A stretch of DNA of 64,000 bases from positions 92,449-156,448 of the forward strand of contig CAWIJC010000006.1 in the NCBI GenBank assembly GCA_963836365.1, in the 5' to 3' direction. Origin of the DNA: an uncultured Actinomycetes bacterium (GTDB lineage: Bacteria > Actinomycetota > Acidimicrobiia > IMCC26256 > PALSA-610). The notes below the pieces were generated by a model. It was not told where the DNA came from. It ran no database searches and saw only the letters and a list, made by a program, of their open reading frames with translations. This document shows positions 1 through 11,093 of the stretch, in pieces (position 1 is the first letter of the stretch; each line of letters begins with the position of its first letter). The position numbers were made by a program, and so were the translations under genes.

Positions 1-137
1 CCCGGGGCCGCCGCGGCGACACGCGCCACGAACACTCTCCGCGCCCATCCGTCCCCAGCGCAGCGTCGGATACGTCCGGGCCACCGCCCAGCCCGTTCTA
101 ACATCTACCCCGCCAGCGTGGGCCACCGAGGAGCGGA

Positions 138-2404
138 ATGAACCGACGGCTCACCCTGCTCACGGGTGGCTACTTCGTCGCAATCGGAATCGTGTTGGTC
201 GCGGTTCTCCCGTTCGCGATCGCCGCGTTGCGCGTGGAGTCGGCGATCCAGCAGCGCCTCGATCCGGCCCGGACCGACGCGCGGGCTCTGCTCTCCGCGG
301 CGTTCGACGAACACAGCGAACGTCGGGGGCTACGTCACCAACCCCGACGGCGCGCTCTCGCGATCGTACGACGACGCGCAACCGCGCCGCGGCCGGGGCC
401 GCGAGCAGACTCGAAAAGCTGCCATTGCCGGGCGACGAGCGCGCGGCCGGACAGCTTGCCGTCGCAGGGCTCCACGCGTGGGAACACGATGTCGCCGACG
501 CGCAGCTCCACGCCGTCCGCGCCGGTGGCGCCGAAGCGGCACGCGCGGCCGCCGCCGTCAGCAAGGGCGACCTGTTGTTCGAGGCTTTCCGGCAATCGCA
601 TTCGCGTTTCGTCGACCTCATCGAACGCCGTCTCGCGCACCAACGCGACGATCTCCATCGCGACAGTTTGCTGGCGATCGGCGCGTTGGTCGTCGCGAGC
701 GCGGTCGCGGCGTTGACCGCGATCATGCTGCGCCGATGGGCTCGCGCAGCGGTCGCACGCGACGACCAGCGAGCGCGTGAGCGCACCGCGTTCAGCGAGG
801 TGCACCGGCTCGGCGCCGTGCTCGCGGCTGCCACCGCGATCGACGAGATCGGGGACATCTCGGCGCGCGAGGCCGCAAAGCTGCTCGGCGCGGGGGATGT
901 GCACGTGTGGACCATCGGTGAGCGAGAGCGTTTGTACCTCTGCGGTTCGACCGACGCGCTGGCCGAGATGGGACGCGCGCCCTCGATACTTGCGCTCTCC
1001 GACGGCAACCCCGCTGCCGACGCGGTCCGCGAGAACCGCTTGCTCGTACTCGAGGATCGCACGGCGTTCGCGAACGTGTACCCGGGTTGGCTCCCGTCGT
1101 TCGACGTGCAGGCCACGCACGGAGTCGCCGTCCTCCCGGCTCGGTGCGACGGGGCGCCGGTCGGTGCGCTCGAAGTGTTCTACCGCGACGCCCAGGTGAT
1201 CGACGATGCCCAGCGCACGTTGCTGGAGCGCACCGCCGATCAGATCGGAAGCGCGATCGGTCGCGCGCTCGCACGCGCGCGGGAGCACGCCGCCACCGCG
1301 CGGTTGCAGGAGAGCCTGCTCGGTCCGCCGATGCTGGTCGACGGCGTCGGCCACAGCGCGCGCTACCTCGCGTCGGAGTCGACGTTGCACGTCGGCGGCG
1401 ACTGGCACAACGCGCAGCGTCTTGCCGACGGTCGCATCCTGATCGCGGTCGGCGACGCGGTCGGCCGTGGTCTCGAGGCGGCAACGGTCATGGGGCAGCT
1501 GCGCTCGGCGGTGAGCGCATGCGCGCTTCGCTGCGCGACACCGGCACAGCTCCTCGACTGCCTCGACGAGTTCGCCGCCGAGATCCCGGGCGCGTCGTCG
1601 GCAACGATCGCGATCGCATTCGTCGACGTGGAACGCGAGTCGCTCGAATACGTGTGCGCAGGCCATCCCCCGCCGTTGCTCGTGTCGCCCGAGGGCGCCG
1701 TGCGCGTGCTCGACGGCGCCGTCACCTGGCCGCTCGCCGTCGGCTGCACGGCGCGCACCGCGACCGGTACGTCGGTCGCGTTCCCCGCGGGGTCGCTCGT
1801 GCTGCTCTACTCCGACGGCCTGATCGCGGAACGGGCGACGTCACTCGACGCGCGCATCGCGCGCCTCGCCGACACCGTTCGTACGCACTGGAACAGTCCG
1901 ATCGACGCGCTGACCGATCACATCATCACCGATGTGCTCGGCGGACGCCGGCGGCACGACGACGTCGCCGTGCTTGCGCTCCGCTCGCCGGTTGCCGCGC
2001 CGGGCCTGTTCCTGATGACGATCGAAGCGGCACCGGCCGCCGTCGGTCGCGTCCGCGAACGCTTGCGCAGCTGGCTCGACAGTTTCTCGCTCGACCCCGA
2101 TGATCAGCTCGCGATTCTCGTCGCGGCCGGGGAAGCCTGCACGAATGCGATCGAGCATGCATACGGCGACGGCGACGCACATCTCTTTCGCGTCGAAGCG
2201 GCCGTCGAAGACGGCAACGTCGTCTGTTGCATCACCGATACCGGCACATGGAAAGACAATGTGGCGCGAACCGCGCGCGGCAACGGCCTCAACATCATCC
2301 GCGAGCTGATGGACGAGATCCACGTCGATCGTCGTCCGACCGGAACGTCGGTCACGCTGACGTTCCGGCCCCGCGCCCGACGCGAAACGTCCGTGCTCGG
2401 ATGA
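138..2404 (+). CDS. Membrane sensor: CHASE3-like domain, TM, GAF, PP2C/SpoIIE phosphatase and RsbW-type HATPase (two apparent +1 indels in the first 290 nt; uninterrupted ORF is 425..2404)
   Basis: ORF 425..2404 carries SpoIIE-type motifs (HVGGDWH, IAVGDAVGRGLEAA, VLLYSDGLIAE) and a C-terminal anti-sigma-kinase-like HATPase (AGEACTNAIEHAY, GNGLNIIRELMD). ORF 138.. opens with a TM helix (LLTGGYFVAIGIVLVAVLPFAI) and CHASE3-like text. That text continues only after frame changes at G5 325-329 (reading G4 gives DEHSERRGYVTNPDGALSRSYDDA) and probably at G4 395-398. Confidence 0.8.
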
Positions 2405-2462
2405 GCGGCGGCGACGGCGCGCGCTTCATTTTCCGTCGCGCCGGCCGATAATTTGATCGATC

Positions 2463-3122
2463 GTGGCCGAAGGGTTCCTCGCCGGTCTGAGCGTCGACGA
2501 ACGAAGCGCGCTCGCGGCACTCGGCCATCGCCGTCAGTATCCGGCCGGCCAAGTCCTGTTCTTCGAGGGCGACGAAGGCCGCGACGTCATCGTGCTGCTC
2601 GACGGCAACGTGAAGGTCGTGACGACCGCGGCATCGGGACGTGAGGTCATTCTCGACGTGATCAATCGCGACGAGCTGATCGGCGAGATGTCGGCGATCG
2701 ATGGTCAAGCCCGGTCGGCCACGGCGATCGCGCTCACGCCGGTCGGTGTCCTCGTGGTGCAAACACCCGACTTCTTGTCGTTCCTCGAGCATCACGGCGC
2801 GGCGGCAACTGCGTTGGTGCAGTTGATCGTCGCGCGTCTTCGACACAGCTCGCAGCGTCAGCTCGAATTTGGCACCAGCGACGCGCTCGGGCGCATCTCC
2901 GCGTGCATGCTGCGGATGCTCGATCGCTACGGCGACCACGACGCGGTCCTGCACGTCAAGATTCCGCTCTCGCAGCACGAGATCGCGGCGATGACCGGCC
3001 TCTCTCGGGAAGCAGTCGTGAAGGGGCTGCGTTCGCTGCGCGCGCTCGGCTGGATCGATTTGCGCGCACGCGACCTCACCGTCCTCGATCACGAAGCGAT
3101 GCACCAACGCGCCTCGACCTGA
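2463..3122 (+). CDS. Crp/Fnr-family transcriptional regulator
   Basis: Uninterrupted 219-aa ORF with a GTG start. It has an N-terminal cNMP-binding barrel (QVLFFEGDEGRDVIVLLDGNVKV, LIGEMSAIDG) and a C-terminal HTH (LSQHEIAAMTGLSREAVVKGLRSLRALGWI). Confidence 0.85.
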   Translation: MAEGFLAGLSVDERSALAALGHRRQYPAGQVLFFEGDEGRDVIVLLDGNVKVVTTAASGREVILDVINRDELIGEMSAIDGQARSATAIALTPVGVLVVQTPDFLSFLEHHGAAATALVQLIVARLRHSSQRQLEFGTSDALGRISACMLRMLDRYGDHDAVLHVKIPLSQHEIAAMTGLSREAVVKGLRSLRALGWIDLRARDLTVLDHEAMHQRAST

Positions 3123-3249
3123 GCCGGCCGGCGGTGGCGGCCACCTGAGTACACGTACCCATCGTCGCTGCGCGCCGGGCCGCTGCGCACCGCGCCGGCG
3201 TGTCGCAAGCTGTGGCGGAGGCATCCCGTCATGGCCCGGGGAGGCAACC

Positions 3250-3750
3250 ATGGCAACGAAGCGCTCGGCGCCGCGCATCCGGCTCGAGGAGCTCGGCGGC
3301 ACGTGGCTGTTCTCTGCGTGCAGCACCAAGGAGCTGCGGGCGGTCGCTTCCCTGTGCAACCCGATCGACGTGCGGGCCGGTCGGGTGCTGATCCGAGAGG
3401 GCGAGTGTGGCGGCGAGGTTTTCGTCGTCCTCTCGGGTCAGGCCGTGGTCGAGCGCGACGGCGTGGTGTTGGGCCACGACGTCGAGCACTCCGTCATCGG
3501 GCTGCTCGCGATGGTCGACGGCGAGGCACACACCGCAACGGTGACCGCCGCGACCGAGATGCTCCTGCTCGTCGTCGACCGCCGCGTGTTCACCGCGATG
3601 CGCCATGGCGCAATCGCATGGTCGATCCAACATCGTCTGGAAGTGATCACCGCCGAGCAGCGTGACCGTCGTGCCGCAACGGCGCGGGGCGAGCGACCCC
3701 GGCGCGACATGGACCGTCGCGTCGACGACGCACACCTGCCGGTCGGCTGA
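3250..3750 (+). CDS. Stand-alone cyclic-nucleotide-binding domain protein
   Basis: 166-aa ORF with an ATG start. It has a single cNMP-binding domain (RAGRVLIREGECGGEVFVVLSGQAVVERDG, IGLLAMVDG) and no recognisable output domain. Confidence 0.7.
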   Translation: MATKRSAPRIRLEELGGTWLFSACSTKELRAVASLCNPIDVRAGRVLIREGECGGEVFVVLSGQAVVERDGVVLGHDVEHSVIGLLAMVDGEAHTATVTAATEMLLLVVDRRVFTAMRHGAIAWSIQHRLEVITAEQRDRRAATARGERPRRDMDRRVDDAHLPVG

Positions 3751-4090
3751 CGCTCCGAGCTCGCAAGTCGCAGGCCTGCGTTTCCTGGGTGTTCCGTGCG
3801 CGCCCGGGCAGCGCAGGTCTGCCGGGCGGATCGCCGATCACCGTCGCCGAGCAACGGACGACATGACCCACCGCGGATGCCGAACGCAACGCGAGCCGCC
3901 CTTCCGGCGCCGCGCGAAGAGTGCGCAGATCACCACGGTCGCCGCGGCGCACGCCCTGCTGGCGGCGGACGGCCGGGTTGACCCGTCTCGCGTGCCGACG
4001 ACGCCCGTTCCCGGTGCCCTCCGCGCGCTCCCTACGGCAGACCCGGTGCTCGAGCAGGCGGGGTCCTCACTCCCGTACCCGACGAGACGA

Positions 4091-4098
4091 ACACTTGT
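4091..4098. repeat. Target-site duplication ACACTTGT, left copy
   Basis: The identical octamer at 5150..5157 directly abuts the other IS terminus. Confidence 0.8.
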
Positions 4099-5149
4099 AT
4101 GGGGTATAGCGTTGTCTGCACCTACCCCCAGATGTAGCGGTCGAGTTCGCTGGTGGTGCCGCCCACGAGGTCGTGGTAGGGGTGCGGGTCGGTGCGCACG
4201 GCTTGTTCGAGGAGCCGGTAGAAGAGCAGGCCTCGGCTGCGGCTGGTCCGGCGGTTGAACCGGAAGGTGAACTCGTCGAGGTAGTAGTCGAGATGGCTGG
4301 TCGACTGGCCGTAGTGCAAGGTGCCGGCGAGCCAGCGTTTCAGTAAGGACGCGACGCGATGCACGGCGGGCAGCACCTCGTGCGCGGGATCCGCGGCGTG
4401 CACCAACGCGATCGGCTCGTGGGTGATGTCGAGCTCGCTGGCGAGGCCGTGGTAGAGCGTGTCGCCATCGGTGTAGAGAATCGTGCCCGGCGCAATGACT
4501 TCCCGCGCGAACGCGTAGATGTCTTGCTTGCGGTGCTGGCTGGTGATCCGGCGCATACGGACACGGCCCAGACCCTTGGGATGTTGACGCTCAACCGCGA
4601 TCGTCACTTCCGCTTTGGTTTCATAGCGGGCGCGCCGGCCACCCGAGGAACGACCGCCCACGAAGGTCTGGTCGAGTTCGACGGCGACGCCGACACCGCC
4701 GAGCAGATCACGCTCAGGTCGGACCATCGCCCGCCGCAGCTTGTGCATCCAGCTCCACGCGGTCCGATAACTCCCGAAGCCGAGCACCCGTTGCAAGCCG
4801 AGCGCCGACACGCCCGTCTTTTGCGAACAGACGAACCACACCGCCGCGAACCACTGCGTCAACGGAAGATGCGAACGGTGAAAGATCGTGCCCGCCGTCA
4901 CCGAGGTCTTGCGGCGACACGACGCACACAACCACAGCCCCGAACCGGTCCGCCACGCCTGCTCGGACCCACACGCCGGACACCGAAACCCCTCAGGCCA
5001 TCGCAACCGCTCGAGATACTCGACACACGCCGCTTCACTCGAAAACCACGACACCAGCTGCTGATACGTCGCCGGATAATCGACCCCGGCCTTCGCCACA
5101 CCCTCCGAACCCACATCTAGAGGCTAGTCCACTCAAGGACATACCCCAT
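4099..5149 (-). mobile_element. IS1595-family insertion sequence (1051 bp), apparently intact
   Basis: The termini ATGGGGTAT... and ...ATACCCCAT form a perfect 9-bp terminal inverted repeat with partial matches further in. A single uninterrupted transposase ORF fills the element. It is flanked by an 8-bp direct repeat, the duplication length known for IS1595-family elements. Confidence 0.85.
4122..5114 (-). CDS. IS1595-family transposase
   Basis: 330-aa ORF with a GTG start. It has an N-terminal zinc-ribbon (CPACGSEQAWRTGSGLWLCASCRRKTS) and an ISXO2-like DDE region (LDQTFVGG, ILYTDGDTLY, YLDEFTFRFNRR). Confidence 0.9.
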   Translation of the reverse strand: MGSEGVAKAGVDYPATYQQLVSWFSSEAACVEYLERLRWPEGFRCPACGSEQAWRTGSGLWLCASCRRKTSVTAGTIFHRSHLPLTQWFAAVWFVCSQKTGVSALGLQRVLGFGSYRTAWSWMHKLRRAMVRPERDLLGGVGVAVELDQTFVGGRSSGGRRARYETKAEVTIAVERQHPKGLGRVRMRRITSQHRKQDIYAFAREVIAPGTILYTDGDTLYHGLASELDITHEPIALVHAADPAHEVLPAVHRVASLLKRWLAGTLHYGQSTSHLDYYLDEFTFRFNRRTSRSRGLLFYRLLEQAVRTDPHPYHDLVGGTTSELDRYIWG

Positions 5150-5157
5150 ACACTTGT
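5150..5157. repeat. Target-site duplication ACACTTGT, right copy
   Basis: Identical to 4091..4098. Removing 4099..5157 restores a continuous ...GACGAACACTTGTTCGTTAGG... junction. Confidence 0.8.
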
Positions 5158-5169
5158 TCGTTAGGATGC

Positions 5170-8100
5170 GTGCCCGCCTCCTACGCGAGGATCACGCCCA
5201 TGGCCACGACGCAGGCACCGACCGGATCGACCGCGACGATGCGCCAGCTCGTGCTCGGGGCGCCCGTCGAGGTCGACGGGTTCCATCCCGCGGTGGGCAC
5301 GTGGTTCCGCCGCCGCTTTCCCGACGGTCCCACGGCGCCGCAGCGCGACGCGTGGCCGCACATCGCCGCGGCCGCGGACACGCTGATCGCGGCGCCGACC
5401 GGTTCCGGCAAGACGCTCGCCGGCTTCCTCGTGTGCATCAACCGGCTCTACCTCGCGCACGATGCCGGCGAACTGATCGACGGCGTCGCGCGCGTCGTCT
5501 ACGTGTCGCCGCTCAAGGCGCTCGCGGTCGACATCGCCGAGAACTTGCAGCGGCCGCTGCGCGAGATCGCGGAGACTGCCGACGAGCTCGGGCTCGACGC
5601 TCCCGACGTCGAGGTCGCCGTCCGCACGGGCGACACGCCGGCCGCCGAACGGGCGCGCATGGTGCGCAGGCCACCGAGCTTCGTCGTCACGACCCCCGAG
5701 TCGCTCTACCTGCTCGTCACCAGCGCGAGCGGTCGCGAGGCGTTGAAGACGATCGACACCGTCATCGTCGACGAGATCCACGCGGTCGCGCGCGACAAGC
5801 GCGGTTCGCATCTCGCGCTCACACTCGAACGGCTCGAGGCGTTGTGCACGTCGCCGCCGACGCGCGTCGGGCTGTCGGCAACGCAACGGCCGATCGAAAC
5901 CGTCGCCCGCCTCCTTGTCGGCGATCGGCCGCTCCCCTGTATCGTCGACGCCGGTCACCAGCGTCAGCTCGATCTCGCATTGGAGCTGCCCCAGGGCGAG
6001 CTCGAGGCGGTCACGAGCGCCGAGCAGATGGCCGACGTGCTCGACCGCATCGCGGCGCACGTGCAGGAGCACCGCACCACGCTCGTGTTCGTGAACACGC
6101 GCAGCCTTGCCGAGCGCGTCGCGCATCAGCTCGGCGAGCGCCTCGGCGACGACGTCGTCGCCGCACACCACGGCAGCCTGTCCAAGGATCGCCGCGTTCG
6201 CGTCGAGACCCGGCTGCGCGCCGGCGACCTGAAGGCACTGGTCGCCACCGCGTCGCTCGAGCTCGGCATCGACATCGGTCCGGTCGAGCTCGTGTGCCAG
6301 ATCGGCTCGCCGCGCAACATTGCGACGTTCCTGCAACACGTCGGCCGCGCGAACCACTCGCGTAGCGGTGTTCCGAAGGGCCGGCTGTACCCGCTGACAC
6401 GCGACGAGCTGGTCGAGTGCGCGGCGTTGCTGGGCGAGGTACGCGCCGGCAACCTCGACGCGATCGAGCTGCCGCGCATGCCGCTCGATATTCTCGCGCA
6501 GCAGATCATCGCCGAAGTCGGCGCGCAGCGAATGGCAAACCGACGAGCTGTACGCGCTGATGCGGCGCGCCGCGCCCTACAACGAGTTGCCGCGCGCAGC
6601 GTTCGACGAGGTGCTGGAGCTCGTTGCGAGCGGCGTGCAGACCGGGCGCGGCCCGCGCGGCCGGTACGCTCATCACGACGCGATCAATCGCGAAGTACGC
6701 GGCCGCAAAGGCGCGCGACTCGCGGCGCTGACATCGGGCGGTGCGATCCCCGAGATCGGTGACTACCGCGTGCTCGCAGAGCCCGACGACCTGTTCATCG
6801 GCACGGTCAACGAGGACTGGGCGGTCGAGTCGATGGCCGGCGACATCTTCTTGCTCGGCACGCACTCGTGGCAGATCCGGCGCGTCGAAGCCGGCGTCGT
6901 GCGCGTGCGTGACGCCGGCGGGGCGCCACCGACGATCCCCTTCTGGCGGGGCGAGGCGCCCGCGCGCACGATCGAGCTGTCCGCAGCCGTGTCGAACCTT
7001 CGCGCGCAGATCGACGCGTTGCTGCGCAACAACGAACCCGATCACGCCCGCGCCTGGCTCGTCGAACGCATGGGCATCTCGCCCGAGGCCGCGACGATGA
7101 TCGTCGACTACGTCGCGGTGGGGCGGGCGGTGCTCGGCGTCACGCCGACGATGGACCACATCGTGCTCGAGCGGTTCTTCGACGAGACCGGCGGCATGCA
7201 GCTCGTGATCCATTCGCCGTACGGCGGACGCCTCAACCGCGCGTTCGGCCTCGCGCTGCGCAAGAAGTTCTGCCGCACGTTCAACTTCGAGCTCCAGGCC
7301 GCGGCGAGTGATGACGCGATCGTGCTGTCGCTCGGTCCGCATCACAGCTTCCCGCTCGACGAGGTGCCGCGCTACGTGCCCAGTCGACAGCGTCGAGGAG
7401 ACGTTGCAGCAGGCCGTGCTCGACGCGCCGATGTTCCTCTCTCGCTGGCGCTGGAACCTCAACCGCGCGCTGCTCGTGTTGCGATTCCGGGGCGGTCGGC
7501 GCAATCCACCGCCGATTCAACGCATGGAAGCCGACGACCTCATGGCCGCGCTGTTCCCGCAAGCGGCCGCATGCCAGGAGAACATCACCGGACCGATCGA
7601 GATCCCCGATCACGTGATCGTGCGCCAGACGGTCTACGACACGCTGCACGAAGCGCTCGACGTCGACGGGCTGCGCGCGCTGCTCCGGGGCATCGAGGGC
7701 GGCACCGTGACGGTGCACACCGTCGACACGACCGAACCGTCGGTGCTCGCGCACGAGATCCTCACCGCCCGGCCGTACGCCTTCCTCGACGACGAGGAAC
7801 TGCAGAACCGGCGCACGAACGCGGTGCCGTTGCGGCGCGGCCTGCACGTCGATCTCGCCGCGATCGGCCGGCTCGAGGCCGCCGCGATCGCGCGCGTTCA
7901 CGAAGAGATCACTCCCCTGCCCGAGAGCGCCGACGACCTGCACGACCTGCTGTGCTCGCTGGTCGTGACGCGCCCGCGTCGCGAGTGGACGGGATTGTGG
8001 GAGGAGCTCGTGGCACGCGGGCGCGCGGTCGCGGTCGAGCACGACGACCGCGTCTTGTGGTGCGCGACGGAGACTGTCGACGACGCGCATCGCGCGCTGG

Positions 8101-9393
8101 CCGACGACGACGACGCCGTCACGGCCGTCCTGCGCGGCCACCTCGAGCTCGCCGGCATCACGAACGCCGACGCGTTGTCACGCGTCACGGGCCTTCCTCC
8201 GTTGCGCGTCGCGTACACGCTTGCGGTCCTCGAGCGCGAAGGGCTCGCGCTCCAAGGCAACTACCGCGATCCCGTCGGCGAGGTGGAATGGGTGTCGCGC
8301 CGGCTGCTGCGCGCGCATGCACGCGTACTCGCGGCGCACACGCCACGGCAGCGCGCAGATCCGGCGACTGCACGCGACTTCATGCGGTTCCTCTTGCGGT
8401 GGCAGCACGTCGCGCCCGACACGCAACTTGCCGGCGACGAGGGCGTGGCGACGGTCGTCTCGCAGCTGCAGGGCTGGGAAGCGGCGGCCGCCGCGTGGGA
8501 GCCGGAGCTCTTCGCCCGGCGCTTGCGCCGTCACGACACCGGCGTGCTCGACCGCCTCTGCCACGACGGCGAGGTGGGATGGCTGCGCCTGAGCCCGAAG
8601 CCACGCGACGTCGACGCGCCCGCGGGCGCGCCCAACAAGGCGACACCGATCTCGGTCGTGTTCCGCGACGATCTGCACTGGCTGCTCGCGGCGTCGCGCG
8701 CCGGCGCCGACCCGTGTACGCCGACGCTCGGCGCGACCGCCGAGATCGTCGAGCTGCTGCGGGCGCGGGGCGCCTGCTTCGCCGGCGAGCTCGCGGCGGC
8801 GACCAATCGTCTCCCGCAGCGACGTCGAGCGCGCGTTGTGGGACGGCGTCGAGCCGCGGGCTGCTCACCTCCGACGGCTTCGGCGCGATCCGTGCCCGCG
8901 ATCGACACAGCACGTGCGCGCCGAACCGACACGGCTGTCGCGCCTGATGCGCGGCCCGAGACCGCGTGGCGCCGGCGCCGGCCGGTGGTCGCTCGTGCCC
9001 GCGTCGGGCGGCGACGTCGATCCCGACGAGCTCGCCGAGGCCGTCGCCGACCTGTTGCTCCAGCGCTGGGGCGTCCTGTTCCGCGATCTCGCGATGCGGG
9101 AGTCGTTGCGCTTCCCGTGGCGCGAGGTGCAGCGTGCGCTGCGCCGGCTCGAAGACCGCGGGCTCGTCCGCGGCGGCCGGTTCGTCGCGGGCGTTCGCCG
9201 GCGAGCAGTTCGCACTCCCGCAGGCAGCCGAGCAACTCGCGCACGTACGCAAGCTGCCGTGCACGCGGCGAGCGGGTCACGATCAACGCGACCGACCCGT
9301 GCAACCTCGCTCGGCTGTCTCCTGCCCGGCCCCGCCGTCCCCGCGATCCGCACGAACAAGATCGAGCTCGTCGACGGCGTGCCCGCCGTCTAG
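5170..9393 (+). pseudogene. lhr: Lhr-type ATP-dependent DEAD/DEAH helicase, reading frame broken about 8 times
   Basis: ORF 5170..6762 has helicase motifs ([30 protein letters not shown]). Lhr-like text continues through ORFs 6560.., 7308.., 8836.. and 8966.. (for example [73 protein letters not shown]). Frame changes fall near 6530, 7380, 8815, 8850, 8915, 9190, 9255 and 9300. Confidence 0.85.
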
Positions 9394-10887
9394 TTCCACC
9401 GGCTCCGGTGGCCCTCGTGCACGACCGACTGCAGGTACGGGATCAGGTTCGTCGAGGAAGTCGTTGTTCGGGCTCGCCGCGGCCGGGTCGTTGTGCGCGT
9501 ACGTGCCCTGCCGGTTGACCAGCGTGAGGTTGCGATCGGGGATGCCCGACTGCCGCGGCAAGCGAGTGCGCGGAATCGAGCACTCCTTGACCGCCGAGCG
9601 CGCCGAACGCGTAGATCTTCAGAGTGCCGGCTCGAGGTCGTGGCCGTGGGTCGCCTTCACGTCGAGAATCGACTGCGCCGGGTTGGCGTTGCCGTCGGCC
9701 ACCGCGCCCGCGTCGATCGTCAGGCGGGCCGGGTGGTACCACGCGCTGCCGTCGATGTTGTCGAGGCCGGTGCCCGAGAGCATGCGCGCCCAGCGCTGGA
9801 TCGGCGTGATCTCGCCGGCAGGGTCCCATCCGCGCGGGTCGCCACTCGCCGCGAGCTTGTCCGCCGTGCACCTGCGCGGCCGCGAGGCTCGGCGGCGACG
9901 TCTCGGTGTCGACCGCGTAGCCGAACTGCGCCTCGTTGTCGACGGGCACCGGCGGCTTCAGGTTCGCGGGCAACAGCGGCCAGTCCTGGGCGATCGAACG
10001 GCCGTGCGGGTCGACGATCGCGAGCGTCGACCCCCCGACGAGAAGAGCCCGAGGAACGGCGCGCCGATGCCGCCGAACGCGAGCCACGGCGAGCCGGTCT
10101 GCAGGTTCGCGAGCGACATGCTCGGCCTGGTCGGTCGTCACCGCCGTCGGACCGCTTCCGCCGTCGATGTAGACGAGACCGTCGAGGTCGCGCGCACCCG
10201 GCCGTCCGTGGAAGTCCCAGGTCGCGTACGCGGTCGTGATCGACCCGCCGAGCGAGTGGCCGCCCATCACTACGCGGTGACCTTCACGCTTCGCGGCGAG
10301 CACGACCCGATGGAGATCTTCGATCTCGACGTTCATGCCCCCAGCCGCGCGCGAACGCGACTTCGTCGTCGGGGATCAACCGGAAATGGTTGGTGATCGA
10401 CGGGTCGCTGAGCCACCGCAGGTAGTAGTCGAACGACTGCTTGCGGCGTGACCGTGCCGTGCTTCAACGCGTTGAGCACCGAATGGTCTTCCAGCTGGTT
10501 CTCGCGACGCTCGACCGACCAGATCTGCCAGTCGCCGTGCGTCGCCCGCACGATGTCCTCGGCGAGCGGCACGAAGTACGCGGAGCCCGCCGACGTGCCC
10601 GGGTTCAAGATCAAGACGTTGTGCGCCCATCGCGATCCGACGCGCAGCACGCCCACCCGGTCGTACTGGTCGGGCGTCGCGGGGTCGTCGTAACCCTCGA
10701 GCCAACGAAAGCTCTTCTCGACCACGTCGGAAGCACGATCGGCGCGGTGCGCGCCAGATCGACACCGTGAGCCGCCGTGACCTTCCCATGCCGAGGCGGG
10801 CGACCCGAGCGCGGATGTCGCGAACATCGCGATCGCGGCGAGCGCGACGACAGACTGCAGGCGACGACGCTGTGAGGAACGCTGCAC
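9390..10887 (-). pseudogene. Secreted alpha/beta-hydrolase (lipase/esterase-like), reading frame broken about 8 times
   Basis: It has a signal-peptide-like N-terminus (MQRSSQRRRLQSVVALAAIAMFATSALGSPASA) and a GHSLGG nucleophile elbow in ORF 9443..10336. Coherent text is recovered only by switching frames (for example HGTVTP / KQSFDYYLRWLSDPSITNHFRLIPDDEVAFARGWG / MNVEIEDL). The C6 run 10031-10036 is one shift point. The predicted end ...LIPYLQSVVHEGHRSRWN* shares CTAG with the lhr stop. Confidence 0.7.
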
Positions 10888-11093
10888 GACTTCCCCCTGG
10901 ATGTGGCCCCGCGTGCTTCCGAGCTTCTCGGAAAGTGCAACCCTATGCAGTGCGCCGGCAAGGTTGCGGGCTCATGCGGTGGCGGCAGGGCCCGATGAGC
11001 TCGCGTATGGGCCGGGTACGCGAATCGGCAAACCGACCGTCGGCATCGACGCACGTCTGATGTCAGTGAAGGACCGCTCGCGTCTCGAGTCCT

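Noticed and set aside
160-1666. Long minus-strand ORFs (160..1116, 335..1666) opposite the sensor-phosphatase gene
   Set aside because: Their composition is Arg/Ala/Ser-rich and low in complexity, with no recognisable motifs. They are fully antisense to a gene with clear domain signatures. Such shadow ORFs are typical of G+C-rich DNA.
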